NCBI GenBank assembly: GCA_041689405.1
Contig: JBDNGG010000063.1
Coordinates: forward strand, 1-45,381
DNA: 45,381 nucleotides
Source: Terrimicrobiaceae bacterium
Lineage (GTDB): Bacteria > Verrucomicrobiota > Verrucomicrobiia > Chthoniobacterales > JAATET01
Reading direction: 5' to 3'
The notes under the pieces were generated by a model. The model did not search any database. It had not been told where the DNA came from and saw only the letters and a list, made by a program, of their open reading frames with translations. Made by a program: the position numbers and the translations under genes. Positions 17,710 through 27,870 of this stretch are shown here, in pieces; position 1 is the first letter of the stretch; each line of letters begins with the position of its first letter.

Positions 17710-20700
17710 CTACCGAGCGGCTGTCACGTTTTCGCTGATTGTTTCCTTGTCATCATCTTCGAGCTTGGAGGAACCCGGCGCCGCAGCAGTGGGAACGGTC
17801 GGCAATACCATCCAGAACTTCGACAGATAGCTATCGGCATCAGCCAGGATCGCACTGGCGAGTGCACTGCCCGTTTTCATTTTGTGTTTCGCGATTAAGT
17901 CGAGCAAAACCGCACGATCCTCGGAGGATTCGATACGCGCCGCAGTGACCAATTGCCCATTTAAGCGATCCGGGAATTCGTCGGTGAGATCGAGCACAAA
18001 GGCGGCTCCACCCGTCATACCAGCTCCAAAGTTTTTCCCTGTCGGTCCGAGAACGACGACAACTCCATTCGTCATGTATTCGCAACCATGATCCCCGATG
18101 CCTTCCACGACAGCGGCGCCTCCGGAATTGCGCACACAGAATCGCTCCCCTGCGCGGCCATTAGCAAAAAGAATGCCCCCGGTCGCACCATACATCACGG
18201 TATTTCCGAGGATGCTGTTTTCGTGGGCCTTAAATTTCGCGTCTGCACGCGGCCGGATGATAATTTCGCCACCGCTCATGACTTTGCCAACGTAGTCATT
18301 GGCCTCGCCCGTGAGGTCGAGGCGAACTCCGCTGGTGAGAAACGCGCCAAAACTTTGCCCGGCAGTACCCGTGAGAAGCAACTCAACCGTTCCTTCGGGA
18401 AGGCCCTCTTCGCCATACTGATAGCCGATTTCGCCGGACACCTGGGTACCCACCGAGCGGTTCGTATTTTTGATTTTGTAACTGAGGCTGACAGGCTTGC
18501 CATCGGTGATGGCGTCCTTGGCATCTTGAAGAACGATTTCGTCCAACGTCCGATCCTCAGGGCCGTCGTTCCGGTCCCGTGTGGCGTGGAGCACGGCGCT
18601 GGGATCGTCCCCGGCTACGTTGACGAGCAAGCGGGACAAGTCGAGGGTGTTCGCTTTCGGATGATCCGGGACATGGCGCTGCCGGAGACACTGCACGCGA
18701 CCGACCATCTCGTCGATCGTGCGAAACCCGAGTTGTGCCATGATCGAACGGACCTCTTCCGCGACACCGTTAAAGAAGTTCACAACAAATTCCGGCTTGC
18801 CCTTAAATTTGCCACGGAGCCTGTCATCCAGCGTGGCCACACCGACCGGACAGGTATTGAGGTGACACTGCCGGACATAGACGCAGCCCATGGCAATGAG
18901 CGCCGCGGTTCCGAAGTTGTATTCTTCTGCACCAAGCAAAGTGGCATAGATGATATCTTCGCCGCAGCGCATGCCACCATCGGTCCGGAGCGTGACCCGA
19001 TTCCGCAGGCCATTGAGCATGAGGACCTGATGGGTTTCGGCCACGCCAAGTTCCCAAGGTCCGCCGGCGTTCTTGATGGAGCTGAGCGGCGAGGCTCCAG
19101 TCCCACCATCATGGCCGCTGATCAGGATGATATCGGCATGGGCCTTGGCGACGCCGGCTGCAATCGTTCCGACACCAGCTTCGGCAACAAGTTTGACGCA
19201 AATCCGCGCGCGTGGGTTGACCTGCTTCAGGTCGTAAATTAACTGCGCAAGGTCTTCGATTGAATAAATGTCATGGTGCGGCGGAGGTGAGATCAACGTC
19301 ACCCCTGGCACTGCATGCCGGAGGCGGGCGATGTATGGGCTGACCTTATGCCCGGGCAATTGCCCGCCCTCACCGGGTTTTGCGCCCTGGGCCATTTTGA
19401 TTTCGATCTCCTTGGCGCTGGCCAGATAGGACGCTGAAACGCCGAAGCGTCCAGAGGCAATCTGTTTGATTGCGCTATTTGCCCAATCCCCATCATCACG
19501 CCGCTTGAAACGCACGGGGTCTTCGCCGCCTTCGCCGCTGTTAGATTTGCCTCCGATGCGGTTCATCGCAATCGCCAGACATTCGTGGGCCTCGGGGCTG
19601 AGTGCACCGAGCGACATACCTGCGGTGGTGAACCGGCGGCGAATCTCCTCAATCGGCTCCACTTCCTCGATTGGAACGGGACCGGATGGCAGGGCAATAA
19701 ATTCGAGTAGGTTCCGGAGCCCCGTGGGTCGCGAAGCCAGCACGCTTTCGACGTACTTCTTATAGTCCTCCGCTTTGCCCGCCTTGTCAGCGCCCTTAAT
19801 GCCCACATACGTATGAAAATTTTGGATGACCGGGGGATTAACAGCATGGACTTCCCCTCCACGGCGGAAGCGGTAATACCCGGGGTCTTCCAGTTTACCC
19901 GGTTCGACCGGTATCGGATTGGCATATGCATGGGCGTGTCGGGCGAGGCTCTCGCCAGCGATTTCGATGTAGCCGATCCCCTCGACTTGCGATGCCGTGC
20001 CGGCGAAGCATTCATCGATGAGCGCGGTGCAAATGCCAATGGCTTCGAAGACCTGCGCGCCCCGGTAGCTGCTGACAACCGAGATGCCCATTTTGGACAT
20101 GATTTTCAGGAGCCCGTTCTGAAGGGCATCGCGGTAGTTTTCCACAGCCGTGGCGTAATCCTCGGTGACGCTTCCTTTTTCGATCAGCTCGCGAATGGTT
20201 TCCAGCGCAAGATACGGGTTGATGCAACTGGCGCCATATCCAATGAGACAGGCGATCTGATGCACATCCCGCGCTTCCCCGCTCTCGATTATAACGCTAG
20301 CCCGCATCCGTTTACCTACCCGGGTCAGGTGATGATGGACGGCACCCATGACCAGCAGCGCAGGCGCGGAAACAGTCGTGTGATCCACACCCCGGTCAGA
20401 GAAAATGATGATCCGTGCACCAGCATCAACCGCCGCCTCCGCTTCCTTGCGGATGCGCGAGACCGCGTTTTCCAGGCCTTCAGGGCCCTCGGAAACCGGC
20501 CATAACATGGAAATCGTAGCCGCCTTGTGAGGCTCCGGCAGTTCTTTCATCCGTTCCAACTCCGAATCGAGCAGAATCGGTGTGTCGATCATGACCTGTG
20601 AGCAATGCTCTGGCGATTCGCCAAGCAAATTACGCCGCCAGCCGAGCACGGTGTGCAGGGACATGACCAGCTTCTCCCGAATCGGATCAATGGGAGGATT

Positions 20701-22296
20701 GGTCACCTGAGCAAAAAGCTGCTTAAAGTAGGTATATAGGAGTCGGGGTTTCAGCGAGAGAACCGCCAACGGCGTGTCATCACCCATCGATCCAACCGCT
20801 TCTGCGCCGGACTTAACCATCGGCTTGAGGATCATATCGACTTCTTCCGTCGAGTATCCAAAGGCAACCTGCCGCTGCGTGAGGGAAAGGATATCCATCT
20901 CCGCGGTGGCGGGTTTAATTTCCTCAGGTGTTGCCAGTTGGAATCGAACCAGATTCGAATCCAGCCATTCGGCATACGGCTTCCGGGCTGCGAGTCTTTC
21001 TTTGATATCTGAATCGCGGAGAAGTTTACCCTCGACGGTGTCGATAGCGATCATCTCGCCCGGAGCCAAACGTCCGTTCTCGATCACAGTGCTCGGGTCC
21101 AGATTGGCCACACCGACTTCCGAGCCAAGGATGAAGATTCCATCTTCGGTTAATTTGTAGCGAGCGGGCCGGAGCCCATTTCGATCCAAACAAGCACCAA
21201 TCATCAAACCATCAGTGAATACCAATGCTGCAGGACCATCCCATGGTTCACAAATACAGCGGTGATATTCGTAAAATTCTCGCAATGCCGGCGGCATTTT
21301 TTTGTCTGAACGCCATGCCGGCGGCACGAGCATCGTCATCGCGTGCATCGGACTTCGGCCTGACATCGTCAGCATCTCGAGGACGTTATCCAGACTTGCA
21401 GAGTCGGATCCGCCGGGCTGAATGATCGGCTTGAGCAACTCGATGTCTTTTCCCCAGAAGTCTGCCTTGAGTTCGGCCTCGCGGGCGGTGGTCCAATTCC
21501 GGTTTCCGCGCACGGTATTGATCTCCCCATTGTGGGCCAACATCCGAAACGGCTGCGCCAGCGGCCACGTCGGGAAGGTATTCGTGCTGTAGCGCTGATG
21601 GTAAACTGCCAGCGCCGTCTCGTAGAGAGGGTCCGCGAGATCCGGGTAGTATTTTTCCAACGACGCGGAGACCAGCAGACCTTTGTAGACAATGGTGCGG
21701 TGGGAAAATGACGGAATATAGAAGTTCCTGATGCCATCGGCCGCTGCCATGTCCTCGATCTCATTGCGTGATAAAAACAAGCGCCGCTCGTAGTCGTCGT
21801 CTGCCATGCCCCACGGCTTACCCATTAAGACCTGCTCGATTCGTGGCATCGTCGTCTGCGCCTTTTCTCCCAGCACCCGAAGATTAATCGGGACTTCGCG
21901 CCAGCCGAACAGAAACAAACCGCGTTTCTTGATCACGTCCTCGGTGATCGCCTTCGCCCGGGCCTGAGCATACGCGTTGTCGTGAGGCAAAAATAACACG
22001 CCAATGCCCAAGTCCGAATCCTGATACAATTTGTGCCCGAGGCGCGTGACTTCAGGAGTAAATAATTTATACGGAATCTGCGTCGCGATTCCCGCGCCAT
22101 CGCCGGTTTTAGCGTCCGCATCCAGCGCCCCCCGATGCATCAGCCCACAAATCGATCTCAATCCGATTTTTAAGATCAGATTCGACCGTCGCCCATTCAC
22201 CTGAGCGACCAAGCCGACGCCACAAGCATCATGTTCCTGATCAGGCCGATAAAGAGACTGGAGAGCGGTTTTCGAGTGAGGCAGGGCGTGATTCAT
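17710..22296 (-). CDS. gltB: Glutamate synthase large subunit
   Basis: 1528-aa ORF with the Ntn amidotransferase Cys (EHDACGVGLV). FMN/Fe-S domain motifs: SNSGEGGEDP, ISGHDGGTGASP. C-terminal GXGXG beta-helix domain. Confidence 0.95.
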   Translation of the reverse strand: MNHALPHSKTALQSLYRPDQEHDACGVGLVAQVNGRRSNLILKIGLRSICGLMHRGALDADAKTGDGAGIATQIPYKLFTPEVTRLGHKLYQDSDLGIGVLFLPHDNAYAQARAKAITEDVIKKRGLFLFGWREVPINLRVLGEKAQTTMPRIEQVLMGKPWGMADDDYERRLFLSRNEIEDMAAADGIRNFYIPSFSHRTIVYKGLLVSASLEKYYPDLADPLYETALAVYHQRYSTNTFPTWPLAQPFRMLAHNGEINTVRGNRNWTTAREAELKADFWGKDIELLKPIIQPGGSDSASLDNVLEMLTMSGRSPMHAMTMLVPPAWRSDKKMPPALREFYEYHRCICEPWDGPAALVFTDGLMIGACLDRNGLRPARYKLTEDGIFILGSEVGVANLDPSTVIENGRLAPGEMIAIDTVEGKLLRDSDIKERLAARKPYAEWLDSNLVRFQLATPEEIKPATAEMDILSLTQRQVAFGYSTEEVDMILKPMVKSGAEAVGSMGDDTPLAVLSLKPRLLYTYFKQLFAQVTNPPIDPIREKLVMSLHTVLGWRRNLLGESPEHCSQVMIDTPILLDSELERMKELPEPHKAATISMLWPVSEGPEGLENAVSRIRKEAEAAVDAGARIIIFSDRGVDHTTVSAPALLVMGAVHHHLTRVGKRMRASVIIESGEARDVHQIACLIGYGASCINPYLALETIRELIEKGSVTEDYATAVENYRDALQNGLLKIMSKMGISVVSSYRGAQVFEAIGICTALIDECFAGTASQVEGIGYIEIAGESLARHAHAYANPIPVEPGKLEDPGYYRFRRGGEVHAVNPPVIQNFHTYVGIKGADKAGKAEDYKKYVESVLASRPTGLRNLLEFIALPSGPVPIEEVEPIEEIRRRFTTAGMSLGALSPEAHECLAIAMNRIGGKSNSGEGGEDPVRFKRRDDGDWANSAIKQIASGRFGVSASYLASAKEIEIKMAQGAKPGEGGQLPGHKVSPYIARLRHAVPGVTLISPPPHHDIYSIEDLAQLIYDLKQVNPRARICVKLVAEAGVGTIAAGVAKAHADIILISGHDGGTGASPLSSIKNAGGPWELGVAETHQVLMLNGLRNRVTLRTDGGMRCGEDIIYATLLGAEEYNFGTAALIAMGCVYVRQCHLNTCPVGVATLDDRLRGKFKGKPEFVVNFFNGVAEEVRSIMAQLGFRTIDEMVGRVQCLRQRHVPDHPKANTLDLSRLLVNVAGDDPSAVLHATRDRNDGPEDRTLDEIVLQDAKDAITDGKPVSLSYKIKNTNRSVGTQVSGEIGYQYGEEGLPEGTVELLLTGTAGQSFGAFLTSGVRLDLTGEANDYVGKVMSGGEIIIRPRADAKFKAHENSILGNTVMYGATGGILFANGRAGERFCVRNSGGAAVVEGIGDHGCEYMTNGVVVVLGPTGKNFGAGMTGGAAFVLDLTDEFPDRLNGQLVTAARIESSEDRAVLLDLIAKHKMKTGSALASAILADADSYLSKFWMVLPTVPTAAAPGSSKLEDDDKETISENVTAAR

Positions 22297-22356
22297 GAAT
22301 GATGTATAATAAGGCTACGGAACGGAAATACAAAACGCTTCGCTAAGAATTGCATC

Positions 22357-22372
22357 AGCAATTTCCATTCCA
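22357..22372 (-). promoter_or_regulatory. Candidate sigma-54 (-24/-12) promoter upstream of gltB
   Basis: On the minus strand TGGAATGGAAATTGCT has the exact GG-N10-GC spacing of the TGGCACG-N4-TTGCW consensus. It sits about 60 nt upstream of the gltB ATG. Confidence 0.4.
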
Positions 22373-22475
22373 ACGGGCGGGAGGGTAACATCGTATGCCC
22401 CAAGACGCAACTATTCGGACCAATAAAAACTCCGTTCTTGCACCTTAATCAATATCCCCGCATCGTTGCGACAAA

Positions 22476-23870
22476 ATGGCGCAGCGCAAAACCTTACTCA
22501 TCGTGGACGATGAAAAAAACACCCGCGATGGACTGAGGGATGCCTTGGACGACCATTTCGAGGTTTATGTGGCTGCGGATGTTGCTGGTGCAATGGCGAT
22601 CATGGAGTCTGACCCGCCCGATGTGGTTGTGACGGATCTCCGCCTCGCGGGAGAAAGCGGGATGGACCTTATCGATACGCTTGTCAAACGCCCTGCACCG
22701 CCGATCTGCATCATGATGACTGCTTATGGCTCGGTTGATACTGCAGTGCGGGCCATGAAACACGGCGCGTATGACTTTGTAACCAAGCCGGTCAATATCG
22801 ATCACTTGGAGATCATGATCCGAAGGGCGTTGCGAGAGCGACAGACGCAAACAGAGAACCGTGAACTCAAGGAGCAGGTGCAGAAAAACCGATCACTGGA
22901 TGGGATGATTGGGACTTCGCTGGCGATGGTTCGCATTTTCGAAACCATCCAACAAGTGGCGCCGTCCCGGGCAACAGTGCTCATTCAGGGCGAGAGCGGC
23001 ACGGGCAAAGAGGTGGCGGCTCATGCAATCCACAACCTAAGCCCTCGCACAGCAAAAAAATTTGTGGCGGTGCATTGTATGGCACTGTCCCCTCAACTCT
23101 TGGAGAGCGAGCTCTTTGGACACGAGCGAGGTGCATTCACGGGTGCATCAGAACGTCGGATCGGCCGCTTCGAGCAGGCGTCTGGCGGCACACTCTTTTT
23201 GGATGAAATTGGTGAGATAGACCCAACGGTCCAAGTCAAGATTCTCCGCGTCCTTGGAGAACGGACATTCGAACGGGTGGGCGGCAGCCAAACCATCCAC
23301 GCGGATGTTCGCATTGTCGCAGCCACCAACAAAGATCTTGGACAGCTGGTGGCAGAGGGCAAATTTCGTGACGACTTGTTTTTCCGATTAAACGTGGTCC
23401 AGCTGACCATGCCGCCGCTGCGTGAGCGAAAAGAAGACATCCCGTTGCTCGTGCTTACATTTCTCAAGGAATCTGCCCTCGAAAATGAAAAACCGCACCG
23501 CGAACTCACTCCGGAGGCGATGAGCTGCATTCTCGGCTATGACTGGCCGGGCAATGTCCGCGAGTTACGAACTGCGATCGAGCACGGAGTGGTGATGTGC
23601 GGCGCGGCAAAAATCGGGGTGAGAGATTTACCCGCATGTGTGCGAGATGCGACGCCTCTGGTACCCCTGCCCCCCGCCAGCGGAAAGCGGGTCGAGCAAA
23701 CGTCTAATTTGGACGCTTTGAATTTGCACCGCACCGAGCAAGCCCTTATCCTTCGCGCACTGGAGGAGAGTGACGGCAACCGGACTCAGGCTGCAAAGCG
23801 GCTTGGAATCAGCCGCCGCACGCTCCACCGCCGACTAAGTGAGCTGAGTATAACCAAGTTCTCAAACTAA
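22476..23870 (+). CDS. Sigma-54-dependent response regulator (NtrC family)
   Basis: Receiver domain (LLIVDDE, VVTDLRL, TKP). AAA+ sigma-54 activator motifs (GESGTGKE, GAFTGA, LFLDEIGE). C-terminal HTH (AAKRLGISRRTLHRRL). Confidence 0.9.
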   Translation: MAQRKTLLIVDDEKNTRDGLRDALDDHFEVYVAADVAGAMAIMESDPPDVVVTDLRLAGESGMDLIDTLVKRPAPPICIMMTAYGSVDTAVRAMKHGAYDFVTKPVNIDHLEIMIRRALRERQTQTENRELKEQVQKNRSLDGMIGTSLAMVRIFETIQQVAPSRATVLIQGESGTGKEVAAHAIHNLSPRTAKKFVAVHCMALSPQLLESELFGHERGAFTGASERRIGRFEQASGGTLFLDEIGEIDPTVQVKILRVLGERTFERVGGSQTIHADVRIVAATNKDLGQLVAEGKFRDDLFFRLNVVQLTMPPLRERKEDIPLLVLTFLKESALENEKPHRELTPEAMSCILGYDWPGNVRELRTAIEHGVVMCGAAKIGVRDLPACVRDATPLVPLPPASGKRVEQTSNLDALNLHRTEQALILRALEESDGNRTQAAKRLGISRRTLHRRLSELSITKFSN

Positions 23871-23876
23871 TCTTTC

Positions 23877-25601
23877 ATGCCTGTTTCTGCCCAAAATTTT
23901 CAGTCCTTCGTTCATTCTATCGAGCAGGGACGGTTTGCGATTTTATTCCGAGCGATCGTGCTAGGGGTGATCATCCTCACGGTGAGTCTGCTGTATCTAT
24001 TTGTCCAATTCGCCGGGTTGGGGTCGTCCGCAGCCATGGAGCAAGCGGCCGTGTCCAGGGCATTGGCTTCGGGACAGGGGTTTTCGACGCTGGTAGTCCG
24101 GCCGATAGACCTCTGGCAGTTGGATCGCGCGGACAAGCCACTGCCGCAAGGGGAGGCATTATTTCCTGAGATGTTTCACCCGCCACTGACGGCTGCATTT
24201 AACGCGCTTCCGTTGCTCCTGATCAGGAATTCCTGGGACATGTCACCGAAGGATCTCGTGTATGCAGGTGATCGAGTCATCGCATTCGCCTCAATCCTAT
24301 TGTTTATTGGTTCGGTAGTGATCAGCTTCCTGGTTGCAAGGCAGCTTTTTGACACGTCACTCGCGTTGCTTACCTCGATCTTGATCCTTGCCACGGACTT
24401 GATGTGGCAGTTTTCAATATCCGGTCTCGGCCACATGCTGGTCCTGTTTTTGTTCATGGCGACACTATGGTTCGTAGTGCGAGCCATGCTTTGCCAAGAC
24501 GAAAGCCCCAAATCTAAAACCGGGCCGTGGAGCCATCTGGTAATTGGGATCGGTTTCGGTCTCATGACACTCTCGCATTACCTGACGTGCTGGATCTTTT
24601 TCGGGTATTTGCTTTTCGCATTTATCTATTTCAAACCCCGATGGGGTCCTGTGGTCTCGATGATCGCCTACCTTCTAACATTAACGCCGTGGACCATTCA
24701 CAATCTCAGCACAACAGGACTGCCATTCGGGCTTGCTATCTATCCTTTGGCGGAAGCAGGTCTACTCAACTCGCTAAATCCCGATTTTTCCAACCTCTTT
24801 TACGGCTTCCGAACAAAGCTGCGCGATGGCGTTCTTTCCCAAATAGGGAGCATCTTTTTGTTCCTCGGCCTGAATCTCGCAGCAGGTGCATTTTTTGTTG
24901 CCCTTTTGCACCCGTTCAAGCGACGCACTACAGCCATGTTTAAGTGGTGCGTCCTCCTGATGTGGGTCACTGCCGTGATCGGGATGGCTGCCTATGGGCC
25001 GGTGAATGGAGCTGTATCAAACAATCAACTGCACGTCATCTTCATCCCAATAATGAGCTTTTTCGGCGCTGCGATGCTTACCATCCTGTGGAACCGACTC
25101 GGGTTTCAGCTCGGGATTATGCGCGCCGTCTTTTCCATCAGCATCATTGTACTTGTCGCCCTACCGATGTTTCTCACGCTCTTTGCAGGTCAAAAACGCG
25201 CCGTCCAATGGCCCCCTTATGTGCCGCCCTACATTGCCATCCTCGGTCAGTGGTTCCAGCCGAATGAAGCAATATCGTCCGACATGCCTTGGGCGGTGGC
25301 TTGGTATGCCCAGCGGAAATCCCTGCTTCTGCCCGAGGATCCGAATACCTTCATCCGGATTAGTGACTATGACATCCTTGGCGCACCCATTCGCGGGCTT
25401 TACCTTACTCCTGTGACCGGTGACCAGCCATTCTTGAGAACCATTGCAATGGGTAGATATCGTGCCTGGTCCGGGTTAATTCAGCGCAATCTCCAACTTA
25501 CAGGCTTCCCGCTCCGGGCGGTGCTCCCACTCCCCGTGGATGGACAGTGTATTTTATACGCGGACTACGACCGCTGGAGCAACAAGGTGACCGCACCATA
25601 G
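23877..25601 (+). CDS. Polytopic integral membrane protein, possibly GT-C/ArnT-like glycosyltransferase fold
   Basis: 574-aa ORF with more than 10 hydrophobic segments and a soluble C-terminal portion. It starts 7 nt after the response-regulator stop. The fold assignment is tentative. Confidence 0.6.
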   Translation: MPVSAQNFQSFVHSIEQGRFAILFRAIVLGVIILTVSLLYLFVQFAGLGSSAAMEQAAVSRALASGQGFSTLVVRPIDLWQLDRADKPLPQGEALFPEMFHPPLTAAFNALPLLLIRNSWDMSPKDLVYAGDRVIAFASILLFIGSVVISFLVARQLFDTSLALLTSILILATDLMWQFSISGLGHMLVLFLFMATLWFVVRAMLCQDESPKSKTGPWSHLVIGIGFGLMTLSHYLTCWIFFGYLLFAFIYFKPRWGPVVSMIAYLLTLTPWTIHNLSTTGLPFGLAIYPLAEAGLLNSLNPDFSNLFYGFRTKLRDGVLSQIGSIFLFLGLNLAAGAFFVALLHPFKRRTTAMFKWCVLLMWVTAVIGMAAYGPVNGAVSNNQLHVIFIPIMSFFGAAMLTILWNRLGFQLGIMRAVFSISIIVLVALPMFLTLFAGQKRAVQWPPYVPPYIAILGQWFQPNEAISSDMPWAVAWYAQRKSLLLPEDPNTFIRISDYDILGAPIRGLYLTPVTGDQPFLRTIAMGRYRAWSGLIQRNLQLTGFPLRAVLPLPVDGQCILYADYDRWSNKVTAP

Positions 25602-25630
25602 CCCTCGTCACACCTACACGAACACTTTTT

Positions 25631-25870
25631 ATGCCCGAAGATCCTGAATCTCTCGAATCCGCACTCGAAGCGCTGGAGCAACTCGTCAAAGCGATGGAGT
25701 CCGATGACTTGCCACTCGAAGCACTCATCGCAAAATACGAATCCGGGGTCAAGCTTACGAAGTTCTGCCGCGAACGATTAACGGACGCCGAACGGCGCAT
25801 TGAAATTATCTCGCGTGATTCAACGGGAAAGGTTACTTTGGAGGAGTTTGATACCGGATCCAATGAGTGA
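25631..25870 (+). CDS. xseB: Exodeoxyribonuclease VII small subunit
   Basis: 79 aa from the ATG at 25631. LESALEALEQLVKAMESDDLPLEALIAKYESGVKLTKFCRERL is typical of XseB. Confidence 0.85.
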   Translation: MPEDPESLESALEALEQLVKAMESDDLPLEALIAKYESGVKLTKFCRERLTDAERRIEIISRDSTGKVTLEEFDTGSNE

Positions 25871-27788
25871 CACCAACGAATTAACCCCATTACTCGATGG
25901 TATCCAAACCCCTGCCGACATCCGCAATATCCCGGCCGATAGACTTGCGGATCTTGCCGCCGAGATCAGGCAGGAACTAATCAGCGTCCTTTCTATTACC
26001 GGGGGGCATATTGGTCCCAACCTTGGGGTAGTGGAATTGACGATCGCACTGCACCGGGTATTTCAAACCCCGACCGATAATTTCGTTTTCGACGTTAGCC
26101 ATCAGGGGTATGTCCACAAGCTACTTACCGGCAGAAAAAACCGCTTCCGCACCATCCGACAATATGGAGGACTCAACGGCTTCCTGCTACGTTCCGAAAG
26201 CGAACACGATTGTTACGGTGCGGGGCACGCGGGGACAGCGCTATCAGCGGCACTGGGTATGGCTGCGGGGCGGGATGCCCTGGGAGGTAAAGAACATATC
26301 GTCTGTGTGGCCGGAGATGCGGCCTTCACGTGTGGCGTCAGTTTTGAAGCGCTCAATAACGCAGCAAACACGACCAACAGGCTGATTGTCGTATTGAATG
26401 ACAATGAATGGTCTATCGCAAAGAACGTGGGTGCGATTGCTGATTATTTAAACCGGATCGTTACTAATCCGGCATACGCTCACTTGCATGACAAGGCCGC
26501 AAGATTTGTCGAATGGCTGGCAGGGAAAACAGCCAGAAAACTTGCGCACAAGGCAGAGGTCGGCCTGAAAAACCTGATCGCGCCATCGGTGATATTTGAA
26601 GATTTCGGATTTCGTTATTACGGCCCGATTGACGGTCACGATACGGACTTATTAATTCAAACGTTTGAGTTCCTCAAGACACAAACTGAACCCGTCATCC
26701 TCCATATCCTAACCCAAAAGGGCAAGGGATATGCACCCGCCCTCGCCAAGCCGGATAAATTCCACGGCCTGGGGAAGTTCCAGATGGACACTGGCGAGAC
26801 CGCTCGCGCGGCCTCCCCTACCTACTCTGAATTGTTCGGGACAAAACTTGCCGATTTTGCGGACAGCAATAACCGAATCGCCGCAATCACCGCTGCGATG
26901 CCGACTGGAACGGGTCTTGTTCCATTTGCCAAGCGGCACCCGAAGCGCTTTTTTGATGTTGGAATCGCCGAGGAACACGCAGCACTTTTCGCCTGCGGAA
27001 TGGCAACCAAGGGGCTGAAACCGTTTCTGACAATTTATTCCACCTTCATGCAACGTGCCTACGACATGATCATACATGATATCGCGCTGCAGAATCTCAA
27101 TGTCGCCCTCTGCATGGACCGGGCTGGATTGTCCGGTGACGACGGGCCCACACATCATGGGCTTTTCGATATCGGATTCCTCCGTCACATTCCTAATATC
27201 GTTTTCATGCAGGCGCGCAATGAAGACGAATTCGTTGATATGCTCTGGACAATGGTGAACCACCGGTCGGGACCGATCGCGATCCGCTATCCCCGGGGTG
27301 CAGGCACCGGTGCGGTGCCCAAACCAGCACCGAAGTTACTTGAAATCGGTAAATCAGAGGTGCTGCGCCATGGTCGGCAGGTTGCGCTATTTGCTCTAGG
27401 AAATATGGTCGAGCTTGCAGAACAAACCGCAGACCTCCTTCTCAACGAACATGGGATTCAGGCTGCGGTGATCAATGCCCGATGGATAAAGCCTATGGAC
27501 ACCGCCACGCTGGAATTTTTTGCTCGTGGATGCGATGTCATTTGCACTTTCGAAGACCATGTGCTCGCCAATGGCTATGGATGCGGCGTGATGGAACATC
27601 TCGCCTCGCAGCAAATTACCACTCCCGTGGCTCGCATCGGATGGCCTGATGAATTCATTGAGCATGGCAGCATCAATATACTGCGCGAAAAACACGGTAT
27701 TACCGCGAAAGCGGCGGTAGAAAAGATTCGAGCCTTACTCCCGGCCAAGACCAAGGGTCACCGGACGAACATTCATCCCGCCGCATAA
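25863..27788 (+). CDS. dxs: 1-deoxy-D-xylulose-5-phosphate synthase
   Basis: Start at the ATG at 25863 (MSDTNELTPLLDGI), overlapping xseB by 8 nt. Motifs: GGHIGPNLGVVELTIALH, DVSHQGYVHKLLTGR, GDAAFTCG, NDNEWSI. Confidence 0.95.
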   Translation: MSDTNELTPLLDGIQTPADIRNIPADRLADLAAEIRQELISVLSITGGHIGPNLGVVELTIALHRVFQTPTDNFVFDVSHQGYVHKLLTGRKNRFRTIRQYGGLNGFLLRSESEHDCYGAGHAGTALSAALGMAAGRDALGGKEHIVCVAGDAAFTCGVSFEALNNAANTTNRLIVVLNDNEWSIAKNVGAIADYLNRIVTNPAYAHLHDKAARFVEWLAGKTARKLAHKAEVGLKNLIAPSVIFEDFGFRYYGPIDGHDTDLLIQTFEFLKTQTEPVILHILTQKGKGYAPALAKPDKFHGLGKFQMDTGETARAASPTYSELFGTKLADFADSNNRIAAITAAMPTGTGLVPFAKRHPKRFFDVGIAEEHAALFACGMATKGLKPFLTIYSTFMQRAYDMIIHDIALQNLNVALCMDRAGLSGDDGPTHHGLFDIGFLRHIPNIVFMQARNEDEFVDMLWTMVNHRSGPIAIRYPRGAGTGAVPKPAPKLLEIGKSEVLRHGRQVALFALGNMVELAEQTADLLLNEHGIQAAVINARWIKPMDTATLEFFARGCDVICTFEDHVLANGYGCGVMEHLASQQITTPVARIGWPDEFIEHGSINILREKHGITAKAAVEKIRALLPAKTKGHRTNIHPAA

Positions 27789-27870
27789 AACAACTGCATT
27801 CGAATGCTCCGCCCCCGATCGACGTGTAACGATTTCGCCACATGCTTGATTCAACGGGTGCGATAATGCA

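Noticed and set aside
18088-19242. 384-aa plus-strand ORF, along with other long plus-strand ORFs between 17739 and 21425
   Set aside because: It is entirely antisense to gltB, whose frame carries unmistakable glutamate synthase motifs. The translation is Arg/Ala/Gly/Pro-rich, which is typical of shadow ORFs in GC-rich DNA.
25547-25862. Upstream extensions of xseB (25547..25630) and dxs (25800..25862)
   Set aside because: The extensions overlap the preceding genes. The conserved N-termini begin at the internal ATGs at 25631 and 25863.
27796-27807. 12-bp palindrome GCATTCGAATGC after dxs as a terminator
   Set aside because: It can form only a 4-bp stem with a 4-nt loop and has no U-tract, which is too weak to call.
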